Source: an uncultured virus (IMG/VR IMGVR_UViG_3300009618_000004)
Lineage: Duplodnaviria > Heunggongvirae > Uroviricota > Caudoviricetes
DNA: 64,000 nt
Strand: one strand, 5' to 3'
Virus record (IMG/VR): IMGVR_UViG_3300009618_000004
The notes beneath the pieces are model-generated. The model searched no databases. It saw only the letters and a list, made by a program, of their open reading frames with translations, and was not told the origin of the DNA. Position 1 is the first letter of the stretch, and each line of letters begins with the position of its first letter. A program made the translations under genes and the position numbers. Of this stretch, positions 14,965-25,181 are shown one piece after another.

Positions 14965-17900
14965 TCAGAACCGGCTGGTTGCCTTGTGTCGCCGCGCATG
15001 GTGCGATGGCTCCACTTTCTTCGGCTTGACAACGTACCGGCTCAATGGAACTTCCTCATTCATCCATTGCCTTTTGATCTTCTCCCGACGCTCGGCAGGG
15101 GATTCCTTGTGCGGACCGGTGTCCTTAAACGTGGACAGATAATCGAACAGACCTTTTCCCGTATTATAGGCGTCTCTGGGCGCAACGCCTACGATAAGAT
15201 CAGACGTGGAGGAAAGCGCGCGACGCTGCTGAACCAATTTCCCTGCATCCTTCGCGTTATGAGTTGCAACTATCTGAAGCATCTGGTTTATTTCTTCGTT
15301 GCCTGACGCTAGGGCGAGGTAGGACAGATCCAAGGCGATAGCATTCGAGGATGCCGGATTCTCCTCGCACCATTTATCGCGGCGTTGTTCGATTCCTGCC
15401 TCTGAAGAGTGCGCCCATTCGTGCATCTTCTCGCGCAACTTGTTCAATCCATACCCAGCCATTCCGAAAGCAATACCAAATCTGGCTATCAGTTTGTACG
15501 GCTCTGCACTCTTCCAGTAATCAGAATCCGCTCTCATGAGTTCATGCCAGACAGTCCTATTGATAAAACTATTTGTCTTAAACATGAATCCATGCAAAGA
15601 CTGCGAAATACGAAGAATTGTCGTCAAGCGGTCATAGAGTGGATCACCCGTGGTTCCGCGCAACACCGGCGCAAGCTCTGACGGCCTTCCACTCCCTGTT
15701 GTCCAATTTGCCGATCCAACCTCGATACGTCTCACATCCGCTGCGCTGATGTTATTCTTGGAAATGTTGTCTATGTGCTCATCTGACATACCATAAAGAT
15801 TCCCAAGTTTGCGGCGGATTGCTTGATACTTCTGGCTTGTTACGTGAGTAGTAGGATCTATAACTCCGGCGTTTAACTTCTCGTTTTCCAGATACACTCT
15901 CCTTAATTCAGGGTAAGCGTACTTTTCAAACCAAATGCGTCCCGCAGCCGACGAAATCGCCCTGCTGAAATACAGTATCGCGGTGAAACCGTTCCACTTG
16001 AGGAGCTTTTGGTCAACTGTTTCCGTTTTCAATCCGTACTCTCTCATGAAAGACTGTTTTACGTATTGCGCCATCACTCCGCTATCTACTGCATTTGCCT
16101 TTAGTTCTTTTGGGTTTGTCACCCCTTCGACTATAGCCAAGGCGAGGCTTCGCGTGTTTGTCGCCAACGGAACCTTAGCTAAATGGAAAGGTAGTTTTAG
16201 CGCGCTTGATCCCATCTTACTTAGAATCAGCCATTGGTTTACTCTCCTTAACGCCCAGCGGTCGCTATCGTGCAATCTGGCGGGATCAAGGTCTGATGTG
16301 ATGATATGATTTACCATATCCCGGTCACGCTGAGTTGGCAATTTATCTATAAGCGCATCCGTCTTCTCGCGGAACTGTCCATGAACCTCGGCGGCAGCCA
16401 GGGTTTGCGCGACTTCTTGGACGTATCTTTCGAGCGTTCCTCGATTTCGTCCGTAAAGAGGAATATCAAACTCACGCGTCCTCTCTATGTTCCCAGCCAG
16501 ACGAATTCCGCGATTGTTCCTGTCAAAGAATGCTTGCGCCTGAATCTTTGAGATGCCGCGTTGCTTGGCCACCATGTCTATCAGTTTTTCGCGGCGCTCA
16601 CTTCCGTTGGGCATATTCAAGATTTCCGATAGAGTGGTGACCTCTGTTTTCCCGTCCGCCCCTTTTATTTTGATCGGCTCGTTCCATTCATAGATGCGCG
16701 GCCAATAGTGCGGATCGGATTCAAACGAGTCGAATGGCCTGTCGATCTTGAGTCCATCATCATAGGAACGCACCACTATACCAGCATCTGCGCATCTTTG
16801 ATGGACTGTGGCAAAAAATTTAGCGAGCTCATCCGCCGCTTTCTTGATGCGCGGATTGTTGGTTGTTGCCGATCCCTCAACAATTTTTGATACTAATTCT
16901 AACTCCGGCGCTGTGATTTTGTTTCTTGAGAGCGCCCTCTCAACCATACCACCAAATTCGCCGATGTGATTTCCCATCAGTTGATCGTACTCAATCATTC
17001 GGCGGCTTGCTTCCTTACCCTCTTCCGGCATTCCGGCGTTCCGGAAGATCTTCTCAACTGCAACATCTCCAGCCGTGCCAAACATCCATACAGTTGATTT
17101 GACAAGATGGGCGGCTGAACTAGCACTCTTCTTGGCTTTGTACTTCGGAATAGCCAACTTGTCCTCAATCGCATCAATCCACAACTGAGTTTCATTTGCT
17201 CTGCTGCGCATTGTCCGCGCAACGGCATTCTCGACTGACTCCCCGGTCCCCATCGCGGCCCGGCCAGCCTCTTCCGCCTCCAGGCGAATGACTCCCTCGT
17301 TGGCGGTGACGGCGCGCGCCTTTGGTGCCGGCAGTTTTTTGAGTTCGCCAAAGAGTCCATCCCACGCGGCGCTGCCCAGGCGCTCGAAGGGGTCTTCGTC
17401 CTTCGGGCCTTGGTAGAGCTTCTCGCCTTTCCCTTTGTACTTCATGCCCTTGTTCTTGGCTTTGGCTGCGTCCGGAATCTCCACATCATCAATATGTGTG
17501 TAGCTGACTCCCTTACCGTCCTGCTCGAAGTCCGCAGCATCCGGCTTCTCTTCGTCCTGCATAAAATCTCTCACTTCGGCAGGGATTCCAGCGGCGTCAC
17601 GAAACGCCTTAGACACATCCGATTCATACTTCTCGCCATAGACCGCCGCCTTCAAAGAGCGCATCCTGGGAAGAGTTTTTGTCGCCAGCGTCTTCATCTC
17701 GGGAAGCGAGTCTGATGTGAAGAAATACATGGCCACATTCGACTTCGATCCGTAGCGCCACGGTCTAGCTGTGCCTTGCTCTAGCATCACTGGAGACCAC
17801 GGTACGTCGATAAATAACGCCGCGCGAGGTTTTGTGCCTATTTTGTCTTGAGCATTAGCCCCAATGGAACCAGCGGCAAAGCTCATATACATCGCATCTT

Positions 17901-20900
17901 TTTCACCAGCCTGAAAAGCCTTCAGTTCACCTGCGCGAACCGCGTTATGCGGCCCAGCAAAGATAGCGATCTTGTCCCCAAAAGCCTCTCTCATCTTCTC
18001 TACCACATTCGGCAGGGGCGGCAGCATCTTGTTAATCTCCGCGCCCAGACCGGCCGGCAATTCGTTAAAGAATTCCATTCCCTCCTCGGCCGGCGAGCGA
18101 TACTCGGTGAACATGATCGGCGACCATCCTTTTGCGGACAAATCTTTTGCCAGTTTGATGACATTCGGGAGCCTCGCCGCCGTCAGGTATCGCTTTAGAT
18201 AAATAACCTCATGTCCCTTGACCGGGGTAATGTATTTGCTCATTCCCGCCTTCTGGAATGCGGCGCCTGCTTTGGCGAACGCGGCACGAATGCTGCGCAC
18301 CCCGGCGCGAACTTCTTCCGTCTGAGGAACGAGCGCTACGCGCGCCTCGACTCCAGTCATATCTTTATATAGCGTCTGCCACTGGCCACGCTCGATGAGT
18401 TGCTGACGCAATTTGGCGAGTTGCTCTGGCGTGGATCGGCTGCTGTATTCGTTTGGTCCGCTCTCGACCAATCCGAATTGTTTCGCCCATTGAGTGAATC
18501 CCCCTTTTGGCCACAAACCGAGCTTGTGCATATAGCCGATCTGCATGATCTTGGAGTATGGCGTTGCACTTGAGTAGACCACCTTCTTCGCCACATGGCC
18601 AAGGAGTGTCACAGCTTTCCCTTGCTCGGCTTCTTCCCAATTACTCGCCTCTGCGCTCTCGTCAAACAAGACAAAATCCCACGGCACGGATAGAACATCT
18701 TTGTCGCCCCTTATCGACGTATATGTTGTGGCGTACATCCCCGTCTGCAGTTGCGACATATCGGATGGGAGATTATCCACATCAATTCCAAACTTGCGGG
18801 CTACGTCCATGAAACCGTCATCATCCTCAATCAAGTTACGACTTTTGGTTACAAGCAAACCAACCTTTTCACCGCCATCTCCGAGAAGATGATGAGCTAT
18901 GGCTGACAGAAGCCACGTCTTTCCTGATCCGGCAGGAGCTGCGAGAATCGTCGCATCCTGATGTTGAAGAGCCGAGAGAACACCTTCAGCGGCTTCCGCC
19001 TGCCCTAGATAGATCATCATCTCGCGCACGTCAGGGTCCAGCCGAACTGTAGGTGGCGGTGTGCCCTCCGGCAAGCCGAGAGCTTCTACGTATCCGCGCC
19101 ATACGTCAGGGTCTACCACAGGGGTTCCGCGCGGCTTCTTGGGAGCCTGCAGACTTGCCGCCGGCACATCTGCCAAGGGATTTTTGCTCGGCTCCGCTAT
19201 CTTCCCTGTTCTTGTCTTTCTTGGAGAACTCTCCCCAAGCGAAACCGCCGTCGGGTCTCCGTGTACTTGTTGCACGGTCACTGCTTGCGCCGGCGTCGTC
19301 GGCTCGTCCATCCGCGGCATCTCGCTGACGCCGTGAACAAGTTGAATAATACTGGTATCCTTCAGCTCCGGTTTTCCGGCACCAATAATACTGGTGGAGC
19401 CGCGCAGTTTATCTTCGATGTTATTCAACTGGCCGCGCAGTAATGCTCGACGTTCGGGATTATTTTCCCGCTTCAAATCATCTTCAATAGACTTGGCCTT
19501 GCGTGCCAACTCGATTACTTCATTTAGCCCAGGTTGACGCAATTTCATTGATAAGCTACCAACCCTTATGTATATAGTCTCCTCTCCTTTAACTTTTAAC
19601 ATCTCATAAAATCCAATCTTCTTGGCATTTCTCTTGACAAACGCCTTGGCGAGTTTTTCGTCCGTAAAAACCACATCCTGCGTCTTGCCAAACACGGGTC
19701 TGGCTGACTTCTCGATCACCTTCGCTTCTTTAGGAATTTCTACCTTGTCGGCGAACTCAGCAATAGCATCAATGTCCACTCTCTTTATGAATGGTTTGCG
19801 CTCAGCCGTACTCCAATCATGCCACTCATCAAACATGGCATCAAGTTCTTTGTTTCCCGGACCATTCGCAAACGTGCGAACTGAATTATAGATGGACTGC
19901 ATCGCCCGGCTTATGTGGGCAAACACACCCTCCATTTTCTTCGTACCCTCCGCGTTGCCGCGCTTAATTCCTCCATCGTGATAGTAGTGAACAAAAGCAT
20001 CCGCGAATCTCTCCTCTTGCTCCCGCGACCACGGTTTACCGGGTTCCGCTCCAACAAATTTGTTGGCGATCTTCTGGTATTCAGGCTTCATAAACCTGCG
20101 AATGTGGTGCGCCATCTCGTGAAGATAAGTTGAAGAGTCTGCGGTGTCGCACAGGTGAATCATCGCTTGCGCCTCGTTGAGCATTTGGAAATACCCGCCG
20201 CTCTTCGGAGCACTAGGATCTTCGCCGCCAAAAATATAGGTCAACCTGCGATTGCCGAGGATGCTTTCCATGGATTCGCCCAACGCGGTCGGGAGAATGT
20301 GCTCAAACATCTGCGTGATCTTCTCGGTAGTCTCAATATCCTTGCTGATTTCCGGGTGTGCGGCCAGCGCCTTGCGCAACTCCCGCACTGTGCGCGGTCC
20401 TTCCGGCAGCGCATCGACCACGCTCGACGAGTCCGGCTGTACATCCGCAATCACCGTCTCCTGGTGCTCTTCCGGCTCAACCGGAAGCGGGCCGCGTCCA
20501 TCCTCGATCGCCGCCTTGACCGAATCGGGAATAGGGGCAACTGATCCCCATTCTTCGGGAATGACGTGCAGTGTATTGCCTTCGCCATTCTTGAACTTGC
20601 TGGCAATCTCAGCGTTAAACACATCCGCCGGATGTTCTGCGCCAAACATGTTCGGCTTGGACCTGTCAGCATACTTCGCCATCATCAGAGCGTATTCGCG
20701 AGGAGTCTTCTCAAGCGCCATTGCCAAGGCAACAACCGCATCGGTTTCTGGATGCCCTAACGATTGACCCTCAACAAAGGAAAAAGTATCTAAGCCAAGA
20801 TCACCTTGCTCCGCTCCGAACCCTCTCTCGTCCTGATAGTTTCCAGTGTAGAGATACTTCTCTATAAGCGAAGAGCTTCCCGCTCCCTTTACTACAACAT

Positions 20901-23900
20901 CCGGCTTCCCTATAAGGCGAGACAGCCTATAGGAAATATCTTGAGCTTTTGTGATAAGACGCACGGCATCTGAGTTATAGGAAGCGAGATTCCAACTATC
21001 CCCGGCACTCTTTGCCTTGACAAAGAATATCCCGGCGCGTGCCAATTTGTTCCTCACATTGTCCGATATGCCGTCAAGCGCCTTGGGGTCGCTCACAGTC
21101 AAACCGACCAGCATATTCTCTATGAGGTTCTTGGCTTTCGGAGTGAGGTCGCCCGCCTTGTCGCCATCCTGAACAATAAACTCAGACCTCTTGTTTGGCG
21201 CGATAATCCCCGCATCTGCCAGAAGGTTCGCAATATCGGCTGACCGCGCACGCATTGCCGTGCTCAGGGAAATAGAGCTTTCTTTCCCTTGCTTATCTAT
21301 TTCGACCTGGGGCAGTGAAGAGAATATATCGTCGAGACGGTCGAGGTATTCCGGCGTCAATAGCCGCGCCATCGCCACGCCTTCCTCTTCTGCGCTCGAT
21401 CCTTTCATTAGATCGCGATTTGACTCTTCACCAAGTCTCGTCCATTCGATTTCGTCGGTAACAGGTTCATCCAGGAGCCTGTACACATCGTATGGTTCCG
21501 TCCCAAACTCTACCTGCCCGGCAGCGTCGGAAAGTCCAAACCGGTCAATGCGCGTTGATCTGAAATTCAATAACTTCTGGTAAGCGTCAGGATGGAGGAG
21601 CCGCGCTCTTTGCCGGATCATCTCCCGGCCATTGCCGCCAAAGACTTCAAGAACTGTTACATTTCCATCCGCATCCATGCGCCATGCGAGAAGCGGCGGA
21701 CCTTCCATCGTTCCCGGTGTATCCGAATACAAAATCCTACCGTCTGGGTTGGCCCCCTTTACGGTAATATCTGTCTGATCTCCCTTGTTATTTTCGTAGC
21801 GCCGTTTCTGAACTTTCTGGTCGTATCCCTCAGTGGGCTCGAAAGTTATAGGGTGGTGAGACGTGCGCACAGCCTTTGATGGAAGCAGAACATAGTGGGC
21901 CTTTAATCCATCCGGGTGATTCGGCGTGACGATTTCCGTCGCAGCGCCGAGAACCAACTTCGGACGGGGACGACCAGGGGGCGGGGGCGGAGCCGGATTT
22001 ACTACCGACTCCGCTCCTGCTACGACAGCTTCCGCCTGTTGCCGGGCGTTGTCTGCCGCCTGCTGTGCGGCCTCGGCCGCAGCCGTCTGACCTTGCGTGT
22101 GAAGGTCGTCGGCGGCTTGTTGCAGGTCACTGGACTGAATTGATAACCGTGCTACCCTCTCAACTGCATCGGCGCGCGCTTCTTCAGGATTGTCTCTGAA
22201 ACTGGCCGCCGTCTTTTCCGCCAACTCCCTCGCAATATAATTCTCCCCCGCCGCGCGCACCTGGCGCATCCGGGTCAGAAACTCACTCATCGCTGGGGTA
22301 CGCTTGGATTCGGAAACCTTCTTGACGACCTCTTCGAGTTTGAACGGATCGTCTGTATGCTCCAGCATGACCGCGCTGAGGTTCTTCGTCTGCTCCGATA
22401 GCCCCCGTCTAACCCGGTTCACTTCATCGAGAGACGGCGATCGCCCGGTCTCCGAAGCAGTGATTGCCGCCGCGAGTTCTTTGTGATGGCTATCACGCTC
22501 CTCTGTGACCATGCGCGCGGCAAGGTCTTCATCCATCGCCCGGCGAATCGAGTCGCGCTGGTCCATGCGTAGACTGGCACGCTGCCGCATCATGCCCTGG
22601 GCGTCCATGTTGGCAATGTCGATATGCTGACCGGTGCGCATTCGCTCGATGAGGTCCACCGTCATAAACGAGCGAACCTTTTCCGGCTTCGTGCGCAGGT
22701 AGTCGGCCAGCGCCGGCGCGCGCATCTCGGCGGGAAGTGAGTCGAAGGATTTTCCGAGGAGGCGCTCCGTGTGCGCGTTGAGGTCGTGGGCGGTCGCCGG
22801 GTCCGCCTTGAGAACGGAGTCGATGTTGCTGCGGTTGAGGATGAGCTTGGCGGTTCCGGCGGCAAGGTCCGCGCCCGGCGCCAGCGGCTGCTCGTCGCCC
22901 GTGGCGTTACGCTCCAAATACTGCTTGACCGCGGCATCGATCATGTCCGCGTGCTTCACGTCGGAGAGGTGGCACACGTATGCCGGAGTCTTCTTGAAGG
23001 CTTCCCACTGTTCGGGATGGTTCTTCTCCAGCCAGGCCGCGGCGAACTTCTGGCGATCGACAGGCAGCGAGGTGAACAACTGGCCAAACTGCGCTTCGGT
23101 GCGCTCTTGCACGGCGCGCTCGGCGGCCGTGACCTGGGCGTGCTCTTCGGGTGTTGGCTCCCCGGAGGCTCTCGCTATCAAAGTCTTTCCGTACTTGTTC
23201 CATTCCCTATGACGTTCCTGCCAATCCGTGGGCATGAAATCTACAACTTCTTGATGTATTCTAGCTGTGCTCCAGTCAGGGTTACGACGGGCCACATTGC
23301 CATAAATTCTCTGATACCGAGCATCATCTTTGGGATCAGTTAGTTCTTCAGGTGTGGACTCTGCGGCAGCGGCGCGGCGGTCGACGACCGGGATGACTGG
23401 CTCTGCTGGTACAGGTTCGTCTCTCTGCTCCGGTCCCGCCTCGCGCTCTGAGGTTTTTACGGTGGTTCGGCGTTCGAGGAGTTCCGGGTCTTCGCGATTT
23501 TCGGTGACAGAAAATCCACGCTGCTCCTCGGCGGAGACGATCATATCAGCACGCTCGGCGGCGTGGCGAGCGTCCTGCTGCTCGTCGATTGCTTTACGGG
23601 CGGCGGCTTCGCGCTGGGTCGCTTCGTGCTTGTAGGCCTCGGCGCGCGCCTTGCGCTCAACGATCTGGCGAATAAGTTTCTTGGCGGCCTCCAGGCGCTG
23701 CTGGCGAACCTCTTCCGTGGTCAGCTCGGCGGCCTCCGCTCCAGCTTTGGCCGCACGCGGGTCGATGCCAACCTTTTTGAGTAGCGGACGCCCCTCTGCG
23801 TCTTTCCCTACACCGTGGAAGAATCGCGGAGTCACTCGCTTTTGATTAAGCTTCGCTACTTCCTGGTCCACGCGCTTTTTGAATCGCGGGTTGGCATCCT

Positions 23901-25176
23901 CAACCGCCTCATAAAGAACGGATGCTTTCTCGTTTGGAGTCAGGTCACCAAACTTTTTCTTGTAGGCTTCCTGTGCCTTGTCGTTGAGAATGGCGGTAGT
24001 GTCGCGATTTTGGAAGACATCTACCCCGGAACGAATTGCGCGCTCTCCAGTACCCATCGCGACAATGACGGCGATGTTTCCGAGCATCCCGCCCCAGGCT
24101 TCCGAACTGGCACCTGTATCGCCCTTTGCGGCAGCCTCTGATGCTCCCGCAATTCCTTCGACGCCGCTCTTCGCAATGTCGGCTTGGAACACCAATCCCA
24201 TCGGCTTCGAGATAGACTCCGGAGCCATGTAAATCGCGGCCAGGGAATAAATGTTCTCAATGCTGGTCATGCCCTCGACAGACTTGGTGAAGCCGGTCAC
24301 GCCGCGAGAGAATATGTTCTTACTCTTCGGATCAAAGACTTTCTGGAAGGCCGCACTTTCAGCAACTGGTGTCAGTGTAGATCCAAAGTTTTCCTGAATG
24401 CTCTTCTGGAGACCAAGGGTTTGTTGAGCTTGCGCATTTCCCTGCGCTGCCCACTTCTGTAAGAACACCTGTGGGTCTACATCGGTCCCGCTGATAAGCG
24501 CAGGCGGTATGTTGGGCATCCCCCCAGGTCCACTGCCACCAAGAAACAAATCGTACATGGCGGAAGAACCCTTTTTAGTCCAACGCCACCATGTAGGCTC
24601 ATAGCTGGGTTTTGGCTGCTCTGTCGCGGTTGGTTGAGCAGTCTGCGCTTGGGCCTGCATATCCCAACGATCTGCGCTGTATACCTCCTTATCTATCCTC
24701 TCATCTACGCCACGAACTTGCCGCAACTCATCGTCAGTAAAAACCGGCTGCAAATTAAATCCATGATTAGGCTTGGGCAGTGCGCTACGAAGATTTTCCT
24801 CGTAAGCACTCAAGTCTTTGAGATAGCGCAGTTCATCCGCCTCATTCGCAAAGTTCGTCGATCCAACGGCCATCATCGGGGCTATCGCGGCGACGTGCGG
24901 AACTTTAGAGAACGGAACCTGCTTCACTTGGCCATTAACCTTAACGGCGTAGGTTCCCTCGCGGTCTGGATTCTCTTCGATCTTAGCGAGATTGTCGGCG
25001 GCTTTTGGCACACTCTGCGGCTGATGCACGGACACGGAGAACTGCTTCCCGCGGACAGGAATCTTGAACGTCCTGCCCTGGTGCTCGTGTTCTTCCGGGG
25101 CAGCGTTCCTTACGGGAATCTTGAACGTCTGAAGGGAAGGCGCTTCGGTCGTCGTAGTCGCGGTTTCGTCTGCCAT
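14965..25176 (-). CDS. Giant (3403 aa) polyvalent internal virion/ejection protein: ddrB-like ParB domain, zincin metallopeptidase, strawberry-notch-like SF2 helicase
   Basis: ParB-like (V.TSHHP.TF...Q.R.Y...GPP...GGNGR, about 21300-21920), TYLHEMAH (about 20110), APAGSGKT, LFDES, YSSATP and PWSP...Q..AR..R (about 17700-19000). Last gene of the virion operon. Confidence 0.85.
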   Translation of the reverse strand: MADETATTTTEAPSLQTFKIPVRNAAPEEHEHQGRTFKIPVRGKQFSVSVHQPQSVPKAADNLAKIEENPDREGTYAVKVNGQVKQVPFSKVPHVAAIAPMMAVGSTNFANEADELRYLKDLSAYEENLRSALPKPNHGFNLQPVFTDDELRQVRGVDERIDKEVYSADRWDMQAQAQTAQPTATEQPKPSYEPTWWRWTKKGSSAMYDLFLGGSGPGGMPNIPPALISGTDVDPQVFLQKWAAQGNAQAQQTLGLQKSIQENFGSTLTPVAESAAFQKVFDPKSKNIFSRGVTGFTKSVEGMTSIENIYSLAAIYMAPESISKPMGLVFQADIAKSGVEGIAGASEAAAKGDTGASSEAWGGMLGNIAVIVAMGTGERAIRSGVDVFQNRDTTAILNDKAQEAYKKKFGDLTPNEKASVLYEAVEDANPRFKKRVDQEVAKLNQKRVTPRFFHGVGKDAEGRPLLKKVGIDPRAAKAGAEAAELTTEEVRQQRLEAAKKLIRQIVERKARAEAYKHEATQREAAARKAIDEQQDARHAAERADMIVSAEEQRGFSVTENREDPELLERRTTVKTSEREAGPEQRDEPVPAEPVIPVVDRRAAAAESTPEELTDPKDDARYQRIYGNVARRNPDWSTARIHQEVVDFMPTDWQERHREWNKYGKTLIARASGEPTPEEHAQVTAAERAVQERTEAQFGQLFTSLPVDRQKFAAAWLEKNHPEQWEAFKKTPAYVCHLSDVKHADMIDAAVKQYLERNATGDEQPLAPGADLAAGTAKLILNRSNIDSVLKADPATAHDLNAHTERLLGKSFDSLPAEMRAPALADYLRTKPEKVRSFMTVDLIERMRTGQHIDIANMDAQGMMRQRASLRMDQRDSIRRAMDEDLAARMVTEERDSHHKELAAAITASETGRSPSLDEVNRVRRGLSEQTKNLSAVMLEHTDDPFKLEEVVKKVSESKRTPAMSEFLTRMRQVRAAGENYIARELAEKTAASFRDNPEEARADAVERVARLSIQSSDLQQAADDLHTQGQTAAAEAAQQAADNARQQAEAVVAGAESVVNPAPPPPPGRPRPKLVLGAATEIVTPNHPDGLKAHYVLLPSKAVRTSHHPITFEPTEGYDQKVQKRRYENNKGDQTDITVKGANPDGRILYSDTPGTMEGPPLLAWRMDADGNVTVLEVFGGNGREMIRQRARLLHPDAYQKLLNFRSTRIDRFGLSDAAGQVEFGTEPYDVYRLLDEPVTDEIEWTRLGEESNRDLMKGSSAEEEGVAMARLLTPEYLDRLDDIFSSLPQVEIDKQGKESSISLSTAMRARSADIANLLADAGIIAPNKRSEFIVQDGDKAGDLTPKAKNLIENMLVGLTVSDPKALDGISDNVRNKLARAGIFFVKAKSAGDSWNLASYNSDAVRLITKAQDISYRLSRLIGKPDVVVKGAGSSSLIEKYLYTGNYQDERGFGAEQGDLGLDTFSFVEGQSLGHPETDAVVALAMALEKTPREYALMMAKYADRSKPNMFGAEHPADVFNAEIASKFKNGEGNTLHVIPEEWGSVAPIPDSVKAAIEDGRGPLPVEPEEHQETVIADVQPDSSSVVDALPEGPRTVRELRKALAAHPEISKDIETTEKITQMFEHILPTALGESMESILGNRRLTYIFGGEDPSAPKSGGYFQMLNEAQAMIHLCDTADSSTYLHEMAHHIRRFMKPEYQKIANKFVGAEPGKPWSREQEERFADAFVHYYHDGGIKRGNAEGTKKMEGVFAHISRAMQSIYNSVRTFANGPGNKELDAMFDEWHDWSTAERKPFIKRVDIDAIAEFADKVEIPKEAKVIEKSARPVFGKTQDVVFTDEKLAKAFVKRNAKKIGFYEMLKVKGEETIYIRVGSLSMKLRQPGLNEVIELARKAKSIEDDLKRENNPERRALLRGQLNNIEDKLRGSTSIIGAGKPELKDTSIIQLVHGVSEMPRMDEPTTPAQAVTVQQVHGDPTAVSLGESSPRKTRTGKIAEPSKNPLADVPAASLQAPKKPRGTPVVDPDVWRGYVEALGLPEGTPPPTVRLDPDVREMMIYLGQAEAAEGVLSALQHQDATILAAPAGSGKTWLLSAIAHHLLGDGGEKVGLLVTKSRNLIEDDDGFMDVARKFGIDVDNLPSDMSQLQTGMYATTYTSIRGDKDVLSVPWDFVLFDESAEASNWEEAEQGKAVTLLGHVAKKVVYSSATPYSKIMQIGYMHKLGLWPKGGFTQWAKQFGLVESGPNEYSSRSTPEQLAKLRQQLIERGQWQTLYKDMTGVEARVALVPQTEEVRAGVRSIRAAFAKAGAAFQKAGMSKYITPVKGHEVIYLKRYLTAARLPNVIKLAKDLSAKGWSPIMFTEYRSPAEEGMEFFNELPAGLGAEINKMLPPLPNVVEKMREAFGDKIAIFAGPHNAVRAGELKAFQAGEKDAMYMSFAAGSIGANAQDKIGTKPRAALFIDVPWSPVMLEQGTARPWRYGSKSNVAMYFFTSDSLPEMKTLATKTLPRMRSLKAAVYGEKYESDVSKAFRDAAGIPAEVRDFMQDEEKPDAADFEQDGKGVSYTHIDDVEIPDAAKAKNKGMKYKGKGEKLYQGPKDEDPFERLGSAAWDGLFGELKKLPAPKARAVTANEGVIRLEAEEAGRAAMGTGESVENAVARTMRSRANETQLWIDAIEDKLAIPKYKAKKSASSAAHLVKSTVWMFGTAGDVAVEKIFRNAGMPEEGKEASRRMIEYDQLMGNHIGEFGGMVERALSRNKITAPELELVSKIVEGSATTNNPRIKKAADELAKFFATVHQRCADAGIVVRSYDDGLKIDRPFDSFESDPHYWPRIYEWNEPIKIKGADGKTEVTTLSEILNMPNGSERREKLIDMVAKQRGISKIQAQAFFDRNNRGIRLAGNIERTREFDIPLYGRNRGTLERYVQEVAQTLAAAEVHGQFREKTDALIDKLPTQRDRDMVNHIITSDLDPARLHDSDRWALRRVNQWLILSKMGSSALKLPFHLAKVPLATNTRSLALAIVEGVTNPKELKANAVDSGVMAQYVKQSFMREYGLKTETVDQKLLKWNGFTAILYFSRAISSAAGRIWFEKYAYPELRRVYLENEKLNAGVIDPTTHVTSQKYQAIRRKLGNLYGMSDEHIDNISKNNISAADVRRIEVGSANWTTGSGRPSELAPVLRGTTGDPLYDRLTTILRISQSLHGFMFKTNSFINRTVWHELMRADSDYWKSAEPYKLIARFGIAFGMAGYGLNKLREKMHEWAHSSEAGIEQRRDKWCEENPASSNAIALDLSYLALASGNEEINQMLQIVATHNAKDAGKLVQQRRALSSTSDLIVGVAPRDAYNTGKGLFDYLSTFKDTGPHKESPAERREKIKRQWMNEEVPLSRYVVKPKKVEPSHHARRHKATSRF

Positions 25177-25181
25177 CTCGC

